Shown here: piece after piece, positions 16,594 through 28,879 of the stretch
Position numbering within the stretch: the first letter of the stretch is position 1
Layout: each line of letters begins with the position of its first letter
Origin: Squalus acanthias
Taxonomy: Eukaryota
Length of the DNA: 64,000 nucleotides
Reading direction: 5' to 3'
Assembly: GCA_030390025.1 (NCBI GenBank)
Contig: CM059432.1
Span: 372,001 to 436,000, forward strand
Notes under the pieces: model-generated
Database searches by the model: none
What the model was told of the DNA's origin: nothing
What the model saw: only the letters and a program-made list of their open reading frames with translations
Position numbers and translations under genes: made by a program

Positions 16594-17212
16594 GCACACA
16601 CACACACAGCACACACACACACACAGCACACACACACACACACACAGCACACAGCACACACACACACACACAGCACACACACACAGCACACACACACACA
16701 CAGCACACACACACACACACACACACACAGCACACACACACACACAGACACACACACAGCACACACACACAGACACACACACAGCACACACACAGCACAC
16801 ACACACACACACAGCACACACACAGCACACACACACACACACACAGCACACGCACACACAGCACACACACACACACACAGCACACACACACACACACACA
16901 GCACACGCACACACAGCACACACACACACACAGCACACACACACACACACAGCACACACACACAGCACACACACACACACACAGCACACACACACAGACA
17001 CACACACACACACACACAGCACACACACACACACACAGCACACACACACACAGCACACGCACACACAGCACACACACACACACACAGCACACACACACAC
17101 ACACAGCACACACACACACACACAGCACACACACACACACACCACACACACACACACACACACAGCACACACACACACACAGCACACACACACACACACA
17201 GCACACACACAC

Positions 17213-17251
<39 letters not shown>

Positions 17252-17399
17252 CACACACGCACACACAGCACACACACACACACACAGCACACACACACAC
17301 ACACACACACACAGCACACACACACACACAGCACACACACACACACACAGCACACACACACAGCACACACACGCACACACACAGCACACACACACACAC

Positions 17400-17434
<35 letters not shown>

Positions 17435-17519
17435 CACACACACACACACAGCACACACACACACACACAGCACACACACACAGCACACACACACACACAG
17501 CACACACACACACACACAC

Positions 17520-17554
<35 letters not shown>

Positions 17555-18141
17555 CACACACACACAGCACACACACACACACAGCACACACACACACACA
17601 CACACACAGCACACACACAGCACACACACACACACAGCACACACACACACACACACACACAGCACACACACACACAGCACACACACACACAGCACACACA
17701 CACACACACACACACACAGCACACACACACACACACAGCACACACACACAGCACACACACACACACAGCACACACACACACACACACACACACAGCACAC
17801 ACACACACACAGACACACACACAGCACACACACACAGACACACACACAGCACACACACACACACACACACACAGACACAGCACACACACACACACACACA
17901 CACACAGCACACACACACACACAGCACACACACACACACACACACACACAGCACACACACACACAGCACACACACACACACAGCACACACACACACACAC
18001 ACAGCACACAGCACACACACACACACACAGCACACACACACAGCACACACACACACACAGCACACACACACACACACACACACACAGCACACACACACAC
18101 ACAGACACACACACAGCACACACACACAGACACACACACAG

Positions 18142-18172
<31 letters not shown>

Positions 18173-18574
18173 AGCACACACACACACACAGCACACACAC
18201 ACACAGCACACACACACACACACAGCACACACACACACGCACACACAGCACACACACACACACACACACACACAGCACACACACACACAGCACACACACA
18301 CACACATACAACATACACACACATACAACACACACACACACACACCATACACACATAATGTACACACACACATACCTCGCACACACGTCACACAAATACC
18401 ACACACGCACACGCACACACATACCGCGCACACATACCGTGCACACACATGTACGCACAAACACATGTGCATATATACACACACACTGCATGCACTACAC
18501 ACACACACATACAGCGCACACACATGTACGCTCACTCACACAATTGTGCGTATATAAACACACACGTGCACACA
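4833..18574. repeat. Giant interrupted (CA)n simple-sequence array (~13.7 kb)
   Basis: CA runs separated mainly by a single G; degenerate at both edges. Confidence 0.99.
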
Positions 18575-18949
18575 TGGGGAGGACCATCCCATGGTACAGT
18601 GCGTGGTCCCTATGCCACAGGGGCAGCGTGACCAACATCCTTCCAGGGCAGCTTCAACAATCTGGAAGTTGAGGCAGAGCAATGGGAAATGGGGAAGGAA
18701 GCCTGCCACCCAATCCCTGGTCAGAGTAACACGTGGCTCTGGTCCACTCCACGTGGCTGACTCAATGTCGCCGGGAAAAGAACTCAGTATGACCCACAAT
18801 AAGAGAAAGATTGCACAGACTCAGCAGCATCGACCCAGGTATCGTTTGAGGACAAGACTCAGACATTGGAAGAGCAGTCGACCCTGTCACTGGTGCCCAG
18901 CTCGGGAGAGGCCAAATGTAGACTTCTCATAGTTGCACCCTATGTAAAC

Positions 18950-19058
18950 ATCAGCTCAACCAAAACTCTGCTGCCCCGTGTCCTAACTCGCACCAAGTCC
19001 CGTTCACCCATCACCCCCTGTGCTCACTGACCTACATTGGCTCCTGGTCCGGCAACAC
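18950..19058 (+). mobile_element. L2 LINE fragment (RT C-terminal), left part
   Basis: Encodes QNSAA..LTRTKSRSPIT..LTDLHWL; continues at 24142. Confidence 0.75.
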
Positions 19059-19205
19059 ATAAGAACATAAGAACATAAGAAATAGGAGCAGGAGTCGGCC
19101 ATTTGGCCCCTCGAGCCTGCTCCGCCATTCAATATGATCATGGCTGATCTTTTACCTCAACTCCACTTTCCTGAACTATCCCCATATCCCTTGATTCCCT
19201 TAATA

Positions 19206-19816
19206 CCGGGGATGAGGGGATGGACATATGCGGAGAGGTTGGGTAGATTGGGACTCTACTCATTGGAGTTCAGAAGAATGAGAGGCGATCTTATTGAAAC
19301 ATATAAGATTGTGAAGGGGTTGGATTGGGTGGATGCGGGGAGGATGTTCCCGATGATGGGTGAAACTAGAACTAGGGGACATAGTCTTAGAATAAGGGGC
19401 TGCTCTTTCAAAACTGAGATGAGGAGGAACTACTTCACTCAGAGGGTGGTAGGTCCATGGAATATGCTGCCCCAAAAAGCTGTAGAAGCTACATCATTAC
19501 ATAAATTTAAAACAGAAATAGACAGTTTCCTAGAAGTAAAGGGAATTAAGGGTTACGGGGAGCGGGCAAGAATTTGGCCATGAGTCTAGGTTCGGATCGG
19601 TCATGGCCCTGTGGGTAGTGGAGCGGGCCCAGGGGCCGTGTAGCCTGATCCTGCTCCTATTTCGTGTGTCCAATTCTGTTAGGTTTAGGAGATGGTTCTG
19701 TGATAGTAGATTGGCGGTTAGGATCAGATCAGCCATGATCTTATTGAATGGCGGAGCAGGCTCGAGGGGCCAATTGGCCTACTCCTGCTCCTATTTCTTA
19801 TGTTCTTATGTTCTTA
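19206..19816 (+). mobile_element. 5'-truncated CR1 with doubled 3' terminal motif
   Basis: LEFRRMRGDLIE..NYFTQRVV; TTCTTATG tail; host CR1 resumes on both sides. Confidence 0.85.
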
Positions 19817-21120
19817 TATCCAAAAATCTATTGCTCTGTCTTTAATATACTCAACGACTGAGCCTCCACAGCCCTCTGGGGTAGAGAATTCCAAAGATTC
19901 ACCACCCTCTGAGTGAAGAAATTTCTCCTCATCTTAGTCCTAAATGGCCGACCCCTTATTCTGAGACTGTGACCCCTGGTTCTAGACTCCCCAGCCAGGG
20001 GAAACATCCTCCCTGCATCTACCCTGTCAAGCCCTGTAAGGATTTTGTATGTTTCAATGAGATCACCTCTCATTCTTCTAAACTCTAGAGAATATAGGCC
20101 TAGTCTGCTCAATCTCTCCTCATAGGACAATCCCCCCATCCCAGGAATCAGTCTGGTGAACCTTCGTTGCACTCCCTCTATGGCAAGTATATCCTTCCTT
20201 AGGTAAGGAGACCAAAACTGTACACAATACTCCAGGTGTGGTCTTACCAGGGCCCTATATAATTGCAGTAAGACATCTTTACTCTTATACTCAAATCCTC
20301 TTGTAATAAAGGCCAACATACCATTTGCTTTCCTAATTGCTTGCTGTACCTGCATGTTAACTTTCAGTGATTCGTGTACAAGGACACCCAGGTCCCTCTG
20401 AACACCAACATTTCCCAATCTCTCACCATTTAAAAAATACTCTGCTTTTCTATTTTTCCTACCAAAGTGGATAACTTCACATTTCTCCACATTATATTCC
20501 ATTTGCCATGTTCTTGCCCACTCACTTAGCCTGTCTATATCCCCTTGAAGCCTCCTTGCATCCTCCTCACAATTTACATTCCCACCCAGCTTTGTGTCAT
20601 CAGCAAACTTGGATATATTACATTTGGTCCCCTCATCCAAATCATTGATATAGATTGTGAATAGCTGAGGCCCAAGCACTGATCCTTGCGGTACCCCACA
20701 AGTTACAGCCTGCCAACCCGAAAATGACCCATTTATTCTTACTCTCTGTTTTCTGTCCGTTAACCAATCCTCAATCCATGCTAGTATATTACCCCCAATC
20801 CCATGAGCCCTAATTTGTTCAATAAGCTCTTGTGTGGCACCTTATCGAATGCTTTCTGAAAATCCAAATACACCACATCCATTGGTTCCCCCTTATCTAT
20901 TCTGCTAGTTACAACCTCAAAAAATTCGAACAGATTTGTCAACCATGATTTCCCTTTCATAAATCTGTGTTGACTTTGCCCAATCATGTTATGATTTTCT
21001 AAGTGCCCTGTTACCATGTCCTTAATAATAGATTTTAGCATTTTCCCTACTACTGATGTCAGGCTAACTGGTCTGTAGTTCCCCGTTTTCTCTCTCCTTC
21101 CTTTCTTAAATAGCGGGGTT

Positions 21121-21997
21121 ACATAAGAACATAAGAACATAAGAAATAGGAGCAGTAGTAGGCCAATCGGCCCCTCGAGCCTGCTCCGCCATTCAATAAG
21201 ATCATGGCTGATCTGATCCTAACCTCAAATCTAAAGAACACAAGAAGTAGGAGCAGGACCCGGCCACTCAGCCCCTGGGCCCGCTCCGCCACCCACAGGG
21301 CCTTGACCGATCCGAAATCAGCCTCATGTCCAATTTCCTGCCCGCTCACCATAACCCCTAATTCCCTTTACTTCTAGGAAACTGTCTATTTCTGTTTTAA
21401 ATTTATTTAATGATGTAGTTTCCACAGCTTCCTGGGGCAGCAAATTCCACAGACCTACTACCCTCTGAGTGAAGAAGTTTCTCCTCATCTCAGTTTTGAA
21501 AGAGCAGCCCCTTATTCTAAGATTATGCCCCCTAGTTCTAGTTTCACCCATCCTTGGGAACATCCTTACCGCATCCACCCGATCAAGCCCCTTCACAATC
21601 TTATATGTTTCAATAAGATCGCCTCTCATTCTTCTGAACTCCAATGAGTAGAGTCCCAATCTACTCAACCTCTCCTCATATGTCCACCCCCTCATCCCCG
21701 GGATTAACCGAGTGAACCTTCTTTGTACTGCCTCGAGAGCAAGTATGTCTTTTCTTAAGTATGGACACCAAAACTGTATGCAGTATTCCAGGTGCGGTCT
21801 CACCAATACCTTATATAACTGCAGCAATACCTCCCTGTTTTTATAATCTATCCCCCTAGCAATAAAAGCCAACATTCCATTGGCCTTTTTGATCACCTGC
21901 TGCACCGGCATACTAACTTTTTGATTTTCTTGCACTAGGACCCCCAGATCCGTTTGTACTGCAGTACTTTCCAGTTTCTCGCCATTAAGATAATAAA
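21121..21997 (-). mobile_element. 5'-truncated CR1, same subfamily as 19206-19816
   Basis: ORF 21324..21935; same extended 3'UTR and tail. Confidence 0.85.
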
Positions 21998-22497
21998 AGT
22001 TTGAGGCGGGACTGCTGGTTTTTGGATTCCAGTCCCGCCCCCAGCGACGTCTGATGAGCAGATGCCCTGATTGGCCTTGTTAAGACCGCCCTGCGGGCTT
22101 GCCGGCTAATTAAGGGAACGCCAGTGTCAGATGACGTCAGTTGATGACGCTTCATCTGCCAGTTTTCTTAAAGGCATATGCACCACACTTGTTTGACAGA
22201 TGATTTGACAATGTTTGACAGCATTGAGGTGCTGTCAAACACTGACAATCACTGTCCAAAGGTGAGCCCTTGCCCCCAGGCTCTCCAATTACTCTCTCCT
22301 TAGGATAAAACAGATGGCAGCTGCAGCTGAGATTGCAGAAGCCATCTGTCACTTCTCCCGATGAGATGAGGCTACACAAACACGTCACAGCTTGTCACCT
22401 GCAGAAACATCTAAACACATTAAAAATTACTTTCACTACATTTCCTTATCTCTGATATTAACCAGTGTCCCATTGCATCCTTCACACCACTTCTGCA
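21998..22497 (-). mobile_element. Partial non-autonomous DNA transposon (homologous to 27356-28210)
   Basis: Reverse-complement similarity to ~27650-28180. Confidence 0.7.
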
Positions 22498-23395
22498 GCC
22501 CAAAGTATTTGTTTAATTTCTCTGCCATTTCCTTATTCCCCATTATAATTTCTCCTGTCTCAGCCTGTAAGGGACCCACATTTACTTTCGCTAATCTTTT
22601 CCTTTTTGCATACTATACAAGCTTTTACAATCGGTTTTCATGTCTCTCGCTAGTTTACCCTCATATTCTAGTTTCCCTTTCTTTATCAATTTCTTGGTCA
22701 TCCTTTGCTGAATTCTAAAATCTCCCAATCCTCAGGCTTACTACTCTTTTTGGCAGCATTATAAGCCTCTTCCTTTGATCTAATACTATCTTTAACTTCT
22801 CTTGTTAGCCACGGTTGGACCACTTTTCCTGTGGCGTTTTTGTGCCTTAAAGGAATGTATATTTGTTGTAAATTATGTATTAATTCTTTAAATGCTAGCT
22901 ATTGCTTGTCTACTGTCATACCTTTTAATGTAGTTTCCCAATCTACCTTAGCCAACTCGCCCCTCACACCTACGTAGTTTGCTTTGTTTAGATTTAGACC
23001 CTAGCTTCAGATTTAACTAAATCACTTTCAAACTCAATATAAAATTCTGTCATATTATGGTCACTCTTCCCTAAAGGCCCCTTTACTACAAGGTTATTAA
23101 TTAATCCTTTCTCATTGCACAATACTAGATCTAAAATAGCCTGTTCCCTAGTTGGTTTCTCAACATACTGATCTAGAAAACTATCTTGCATACATTCCAT
23201 GAACTCATCCTCCACACTATTGCTGCAAATTTGGTTTGCCCAGTCTAAATGTAGATTAAAGTCCCCCATGATTACTGTATTACCCTTGTTACATGCGCCT
23301 CTAATTTCCTGATTTATACTCTGCCCTACATTACAACTACTGTTTGGGGCCTATAAACAACTCCCACCAATGTTTTCTGCCCCTTGCTGTTTTTT

Positions 23396-23945
23396 GCTGT
23401 GTACAATTTTGGTCTCCTTACCTAAGGAAGGATATACTTGCCATAGAGGGAGTGCAATGAAGGTTCACGAGATTGATTCCTGAGATGGCAGGACTGTCGT
23501 ATGAGAAGAGATTGGGTAAACTAGGCCTGTATTCTTTTGAATTCAGAAGAATGAGAGGGGATCTCATTGAAGCATACAAAATTATTACAGGGCTTGATAG
23601 GGTGGATACTGGGAGAATGTTTCCCTTGGCTGGGGAGTCTAGAACCAGGGGCCACAGCCTCAGGATAAAGGGTAGGCCATTCAGGACTGAGATGAGAAGA
23701 AATTTCTTCACACAGAGGGTGGTGAATCTTTGGAATTCTCTACCGCAGAGGGCTGTGGAGGCTCAGTCATTGGGTATATTCAAAACAGAAGTCGATAGAT
23801 TTCTGACTAGTAAGGGCATCAAGGGATATGGCGATAGGGCCGGTGAATGGAGTTGAGGCAGAAGATCAGCCATGATCTCATTGAATGGCGGAGCAGGCTC
23901 GAAGGGCCGAATGGCCGACTCCTGCTCCTATTTCTTATGTTCTTA
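23396..23945 (+). mobile_element. 5'-truncated CR1
   Basis: ORF 23473..23856 is a CR1 ORF2 C-terminus; TTCTTATG tail. Confidence 0.85.
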
Positions 23946-24141
23946 GCTCCACCCAAACTGATTCTACTTCTTGATTTTCGGAGCTAAGATCCTTTCTCTC
24001 TACTGTCTTTATCCCGTCATTTATTATCAGGGCTACACCTCCTCCTTTTCCATTTTGCCTATCCCTTCTAAAAGTTATGTATCCTGGAATATTTAATTCC
24101 CAACCTTGGCCACTTTGCAACCACGTCTCCGTTATGGCTAT

Positions 24142-24745
24142 ACACCTCGATTTAAAATGATCATCCTTGTGTTCAAATCCCTCAATGGCCTCGCCCCCCT
24201 CCCTATCTCTGTAACCTCCTCCAGCCCTACAACCCTCCGAGATCTCTGCGCTCCTCCAATTCTGGCCTCTTCCGCAGCCCCGATTTCCATCGCTCCACCA
24301 TTGGCGGCCGTGCCTTCAGCTGCTGAGGCCCTAAGCTCTGGAATTCCCTCCCTAAACCTCTCAGGGTACAAGCGCAGCAACAACAGCAACAACAACTTGC
24401 ATTTATATAGCGCCTTTAATGTAGTAAAACGTCCCAAGGCGCTGCACAGGATTGTAAATCAGAGAGAATTTGACACCGAGCCACATAAGGAGATATCAGG
24501 GAAGGTGAACAAAAGCTGGGTCAAAGAGGTCGGTTTTATTGAGCGTCTTAAAGGAGGAGAGAGAGGCAAAGCTCTGGAATTCCCTGCCTAAACCTCTCCG
24601 CCTTGTTCACCTTCCCTGATATCTCCTTATGTGGCTCGGTGTCAAATTCTCTCTGATTTACAATCCTGTGCAGCGCCTTGGGACGTTTTACTACATTAAA
24701 GGCGCTATATAAATTGTTGTTGCTGTTGTTGCCGCGTTTGTACTC
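24142..24745 (+). mobile_element. L2 LINE 3' part with inverted duplication of its tail
   Basis: FKMIILVFKSLNGLAP; L2-type tail AAAGGCGCTATATAAAT(TGT)n present in both orientations. Confidence 0.75.
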
Positions 24746-24799
24746 AGAGTCGTATCTATCAGCAAACATTCCTGGTAGCCGGGACCAGAGAGCCCTGGA

Positions 24800-26007
24800 G
24801 GTGCGGGTGGAGGGGGGGTGGCTGGGAGGTGCAGGGGGGAGCAGGGGAAGCGGGGGGGAGTGGGGGTGCGGGGGGCTGGGACGAGCGGGGGGGAGCAGGG
24901 GGGAACGGGGTAGTGGGAGTGGGGCTAGCGGGGGGAGCGGGGGGGCGGGGGGAGCAGGGGGGAGCAGGGGGGAACGGGGTAGTGGGAGTGGGGCTAGCGG
25001 GGGGAGCGGGGGGGGCGGGGGAGCAGGGGGGAGCAGGGGGGAACGGGGTAGTGGGAGTGGGGCTAGCGGGGGGAGCGGGGGGGCGGGGGGGAGCAGGGGG
25101 AGCAGGGGGGAACGGGGTAGTGGGAGTGGGGCTAGCGGGGGGAGCGGGGGGGCGGGGGGAGCAGGGGGGAGCAGGGGGGAACGGGGTAGTGGGAGTGGGG
25201 CTAGCGGGGGGAGCGGGGGGGCGGGGGGAGCAGGGGGGGAGCAGGGGGGAACGGGGTAGTGGGAGTGGGGCTAGCAGGGGAGTGGATGTCTGGGGGGAGT
25301 GGGGCGAGCGGGGGGGTGCAGGGTGGTGGGAGCGGGGGAGCGGGATGGTGGGGGTGCTGGGGTGGTGCAGGGGAATGGGGGGGTGAGGGTGCTGGGGCGA
25401 GCGGGGTGGTGGGGATGGTGGGGGAGCGGGGGGGCTGAGGGTGCTGGGGGGAGCGGGGCAATGGGGGGGTGAGGGTGCTGGGGTGGTGGGGGGGAGCGGG
25501 GGAGCGGGGGAGCGGGGGAGCGGGATGGTGAGGGTGGCGGGGGAGCGGGGGAGTTCGGGGGGTGAGGGTGCTGGGGCGAGCGGGGGAGTGGGGGGGGTGA
25601 GGGTGCTGGGGCGAGCGGGGGAGTGCGGGGGGTGAGGGTGCTGGGGGGACCAGGATGGTGGGGCGAGCCGGATGGTGGGGGTGCTGGGGGGAGCGGGGGA
25701 GTGGGGGGGGTGAGGGTGCTGGGGGAGCGGGATGGTGGGGTGAGCCGGATGGTGGGGGTGCTGGAGGGAGCGGGGGAGTGGGGGGGGTGAGGGTGCTGGG
25801 GGAGCGGGGTGCTGGGGGGAGCGGGGTGGTGGGGCGAGTGGGGTGCTGGGGGGAGCGGGGGAATGGGATGGTGGGGGAGTGGGGGGGGTGAGGGTGCTGG
25901 GGCGATCAGAGGAATGGGGGGGTGAGGGTGCTGGGGGGAGCGGGGGAGCGGGATGGTGGGGGTGCTGGGGCGAGTGGGGGAATGGGGAAATGGGGGGGGT
26001 GGGGGGC
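24800..26007 (+). repeat. G-rich minisatellite; ~69-bp unit x6 (24890-25280) followed by degenerate units
   Basis: AACGGGGTAGTGGGAGTGGGGCTAGC at 24904, 24973, 25042, 25111, 25180, 25250. Confidence 0.93.
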
Positions 26008-26199
26008 ACTGTTACACAGGCGGGTGGAGCGACCATGGGAATCCTCAACATTGCCTCTGGAGCCCTTCAGGTCTCATTGCCTCGGATCAGACAAGGCCAC
26101 GAACCCTCCTGCTGATCACCACCACCTACAAAACACCTCGAAGACCCATTGCCTTAGGTTTGTGCAGCAGCTTTTCCTGCAGAACCCCCGAACTCCCAA

Positions 26200-26680
26200 A
26201 TCCGTGCCCATCTTTCCAGCAACTCCATGTGTGAATCCCTCCAATCAGGTTTCTGCCCCTGCCACAGCACTGAAACAGCCCGAATCAAAGTCACAAATGA
26301 CACCCGATGTAACTGTGACCGTGCTAAACTATCCCTCCTCGACCTTCTTGACCTGTTGGCAGCCATTGACACGGTTGACTACACCGTCCTCCTTCAGAGC
26401 CTCTCCTCCCTTGTCCAGCTGGGTGGGACTGTCCTCGCCTGGTTCTATTCCTATCTATCCAGTTGTAGCCAATGAATGACCTGCAAGGGCTTCTCTTCCC
26501 GCTCCCGCACCGTTACCTCTGGAGTCCCCCAAGGATCTATCCTTGGCCCCTCCTATTTCTCATCTACATGCTGACCCTCAGCGACATCATCCGAAAACCT
26601 AACGTCAGGTTCCACATGTACGCTGACGACACCCAGCTCTACCTCACCACCACCTCTCTCCACTCCTCCACTGTCTCTAA
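26200..26680 (+). mobile_element. L2 LINE RT fragment
   Basis: [35 protein letters not shown]. Confidence 0.85.
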
Positions 26681-26689
26681 TACACAGCC

Positions 26690-28832
26690 TAACTGTGCGT
26701 GAACATTTATCCAATAGCGATCATAACATGATCGAGTTCAACGTAGCATTTGAAAGGGACAAACGCGAAACAGCTACTAAGATTCTAGATTTAGGTAAGG
26801 CCGACTTCAACGGGATGAGACAGAGACGGTCCACAGTCAACTGGGCAAATCTGTTAATGGGTAAAACAACAGGAGATCAGTGGGAGCTGTTTAAAAAAGA
26901 ATGTGTGATACAGAACCAGTTTATACCCCTGAGGGGCAAGAGCTCCACTTGCCAAAAAAAACAGCCTTGGACGACTAAAGAGGTAAGGGACAGAATAAAA
27001 CTAAAGGAAAGGGTATACAAAAATATAAAAAATAGCACAGATCCTGGCGAATGGGAAAGAGACAAAGAACAGCAAAGGGTCACAAAACAGATAGTAAGAG
27101 CTACAAAAAGGGAGTGTGAAAGGAAACTTGCAAGGGATATCAAAATCAATACGAAGAATTTTTACAATTACATTAGGAAAAAGAGGGTAGTCAGGAGCAA
27201 TGTTGGCCCCTTAAAAACTAATAACGGTGATATTGTCAATGATAATAAGGAAATGGCGGACATGTTGAATAATTACTTTGCGTCAGTATTTACAGTAGAG
27301 GAAGAGGATAGCATGCCAGAAATCCCAAGGGAACTAATACTGAATCGGAGACAGGGGGCTGGATTTTACCGGCCCTGAGGAGGCGGGTTTGGAGGCGGGA
27401 CTGCTGGGAAAATGGGAAAAATTGGGAGCGGGTCCCAACCCCGCTCCCAACCCACCTCCGAACCATCTTCCCGGGAGGCGGGTCCCCAACTCGCGCAGGG
27501 ACCCGTCTCCTAGCGGCGGGGAGGGGATTAGAGCCAATTAACTGCCTGTTAACAGGTAGTTAAGAGGCTTTTCCCCATTTTCAGCCTGCTGATGCGGCCT
27601 TCCCGACGGTGGGAAACCCCGCCAGGGTCAGCGAGGCGAGCTGTGGGTCTGCTGCAGTGTAAGTGTGCAAATGACAGCTGCAGAGGTAGTGTGATGGGCG
27701 CAATGGTGCACATATAGTATGACAGGTGAGAGAATGTAGTGAGAAATATTTTAATTCTGTTTATATGTCTCTGCAGGTGACAAGATTTGATGTTTCTGTG
27801 AAGCCTCATCTGATCGGGAGAAGTGACAGATGGCTTCTGCAATCTCATATGCAGCTACCATCTGTTTTCTCCTAAGGAGAGAGTCATTGGTGACCCTGGG
27901 GGCAAGGGCTCACCTTTGGACAGTGATTGTCAGTGTTTGACAGCACCTCAATGCTGTCAAACACTGACAATTCATCTGTCAAAAAATTATGGGGCCTGTC
28001 CCTTTAAGAAAACCGACAGATGAAGCGTCATGCACTGACATCATCTGACACCGGCTTTCCCTTAATTGGCCGGCAAGCCCGCAGGGCGGTCTTAACAAGG
28101 CTAATCAGGGGAAAATAGCGTCAGGTTATCAGACGTCGCTGGGGGCGGGACTAGAAACCGGTACCCAGCAGTCCCGCCCCCAGCGCGCCTCCTCAGGTAA
28201 GATCGCAGCCTTGGACTCAGGGACCTAATAAAATTAACGTAAGTAAAGTAACAGTAATGAAGAAAATAATGGCACTAAAGAGTGACAAATCTCCAGGACC
28301 AGATGGTTTCCATCCCAGGGATTTAAAGGAAGTAGGTGAGAGTCGATAATTAAGGATAGGGTGACTGAACACCTTGAAAATTTTCAGTTGATCAGAGAGA
28401 GCCAGCATGGATTTGTGAAAGGTAGGTCATGCCTGACAAACCTGATTGAATTTTTTGAGGAGGTGACTAAAGTAGTGGACAGGGTAATGTCTATGGATGT
28501 TATTTATATGGACTTCCAGAAGGCATTTGATAATGTCCCACATAAGAGACTGTTATCTAAGGTAGCAGCCCACAGAATTGAGGGCAAATTATTGACCTGG
28601 TTAGGAAATTGGCTGAGCGGCAGGAGACAGGCAGTAGGGATAATGGGCAGGTACGCAAACTGGCAGGATGTGACTAGTGGTGTCCCACAGGGATCTGTGT
28701 TGGGCCCTCAACTATTCACAGTATTTATTAACGACTTAGATGATGGCATAGAAAGTCATATATCCAAATTTGCTGATGACACAAAGATAGGCAGCATTGT
28801 AGGCAGTGTAGATGAAAGCATGAAATTACAAA
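26690..28832 (+). mobile_element. Degenerate CR1 ORF2 fragment interrupted by a MITE
   Basis: SDHNMIEF tether region; QHGFVKGRSCLTNL, GVPQGSVLGP, FADD. Confidence 0.85.
27356..28210. mobile_element. MITE with ~50-bp imperfect TIRs (PIF/Harbinger-like)
   Basis: GGCTGGATTTTACC..CTGAGGAGGCG..GGCGGGACTGCTGGG mirrored at 28161-28210. Confidence 0.7.
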
Positions 28833-28879
28833 ATAATGCCATGGGATCTTTGAAACATACAAGATTCTATGGGGAATTT

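Larger units (their letters stand above)
19058..24141 (-). mobile_element. CR1 LINE ORF2 (APE to RT to 3' tail) fragmented by nested insertions
   Basis: (CATAAGAA)n tail at 19058; RT 19828-21120 (FADD, EYCVQFW); APE MGDFN 22994-23269 and 23945-24120. Confidence 0.88.

Noticed and set aside
4819..18672. 4617-aa His/Thr-rich ORF and the Cys/Val ORFs on the minus strand
   Set aside because: CA repeats with G interruptions cannot form stop codons on the plus strand and rarely do on the minus; all frames give the same pattern and the start is a TTG
18575..18950. Non-repetitive-looking stretch with a 113-aa ORF
   Set aside because: No recognisable motif or convincing splice-site pair; left unassigned
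24678..26051. Gly-rich and Pro-rich ORFs
   Set aside because: Translations of the G-rich minisatellite
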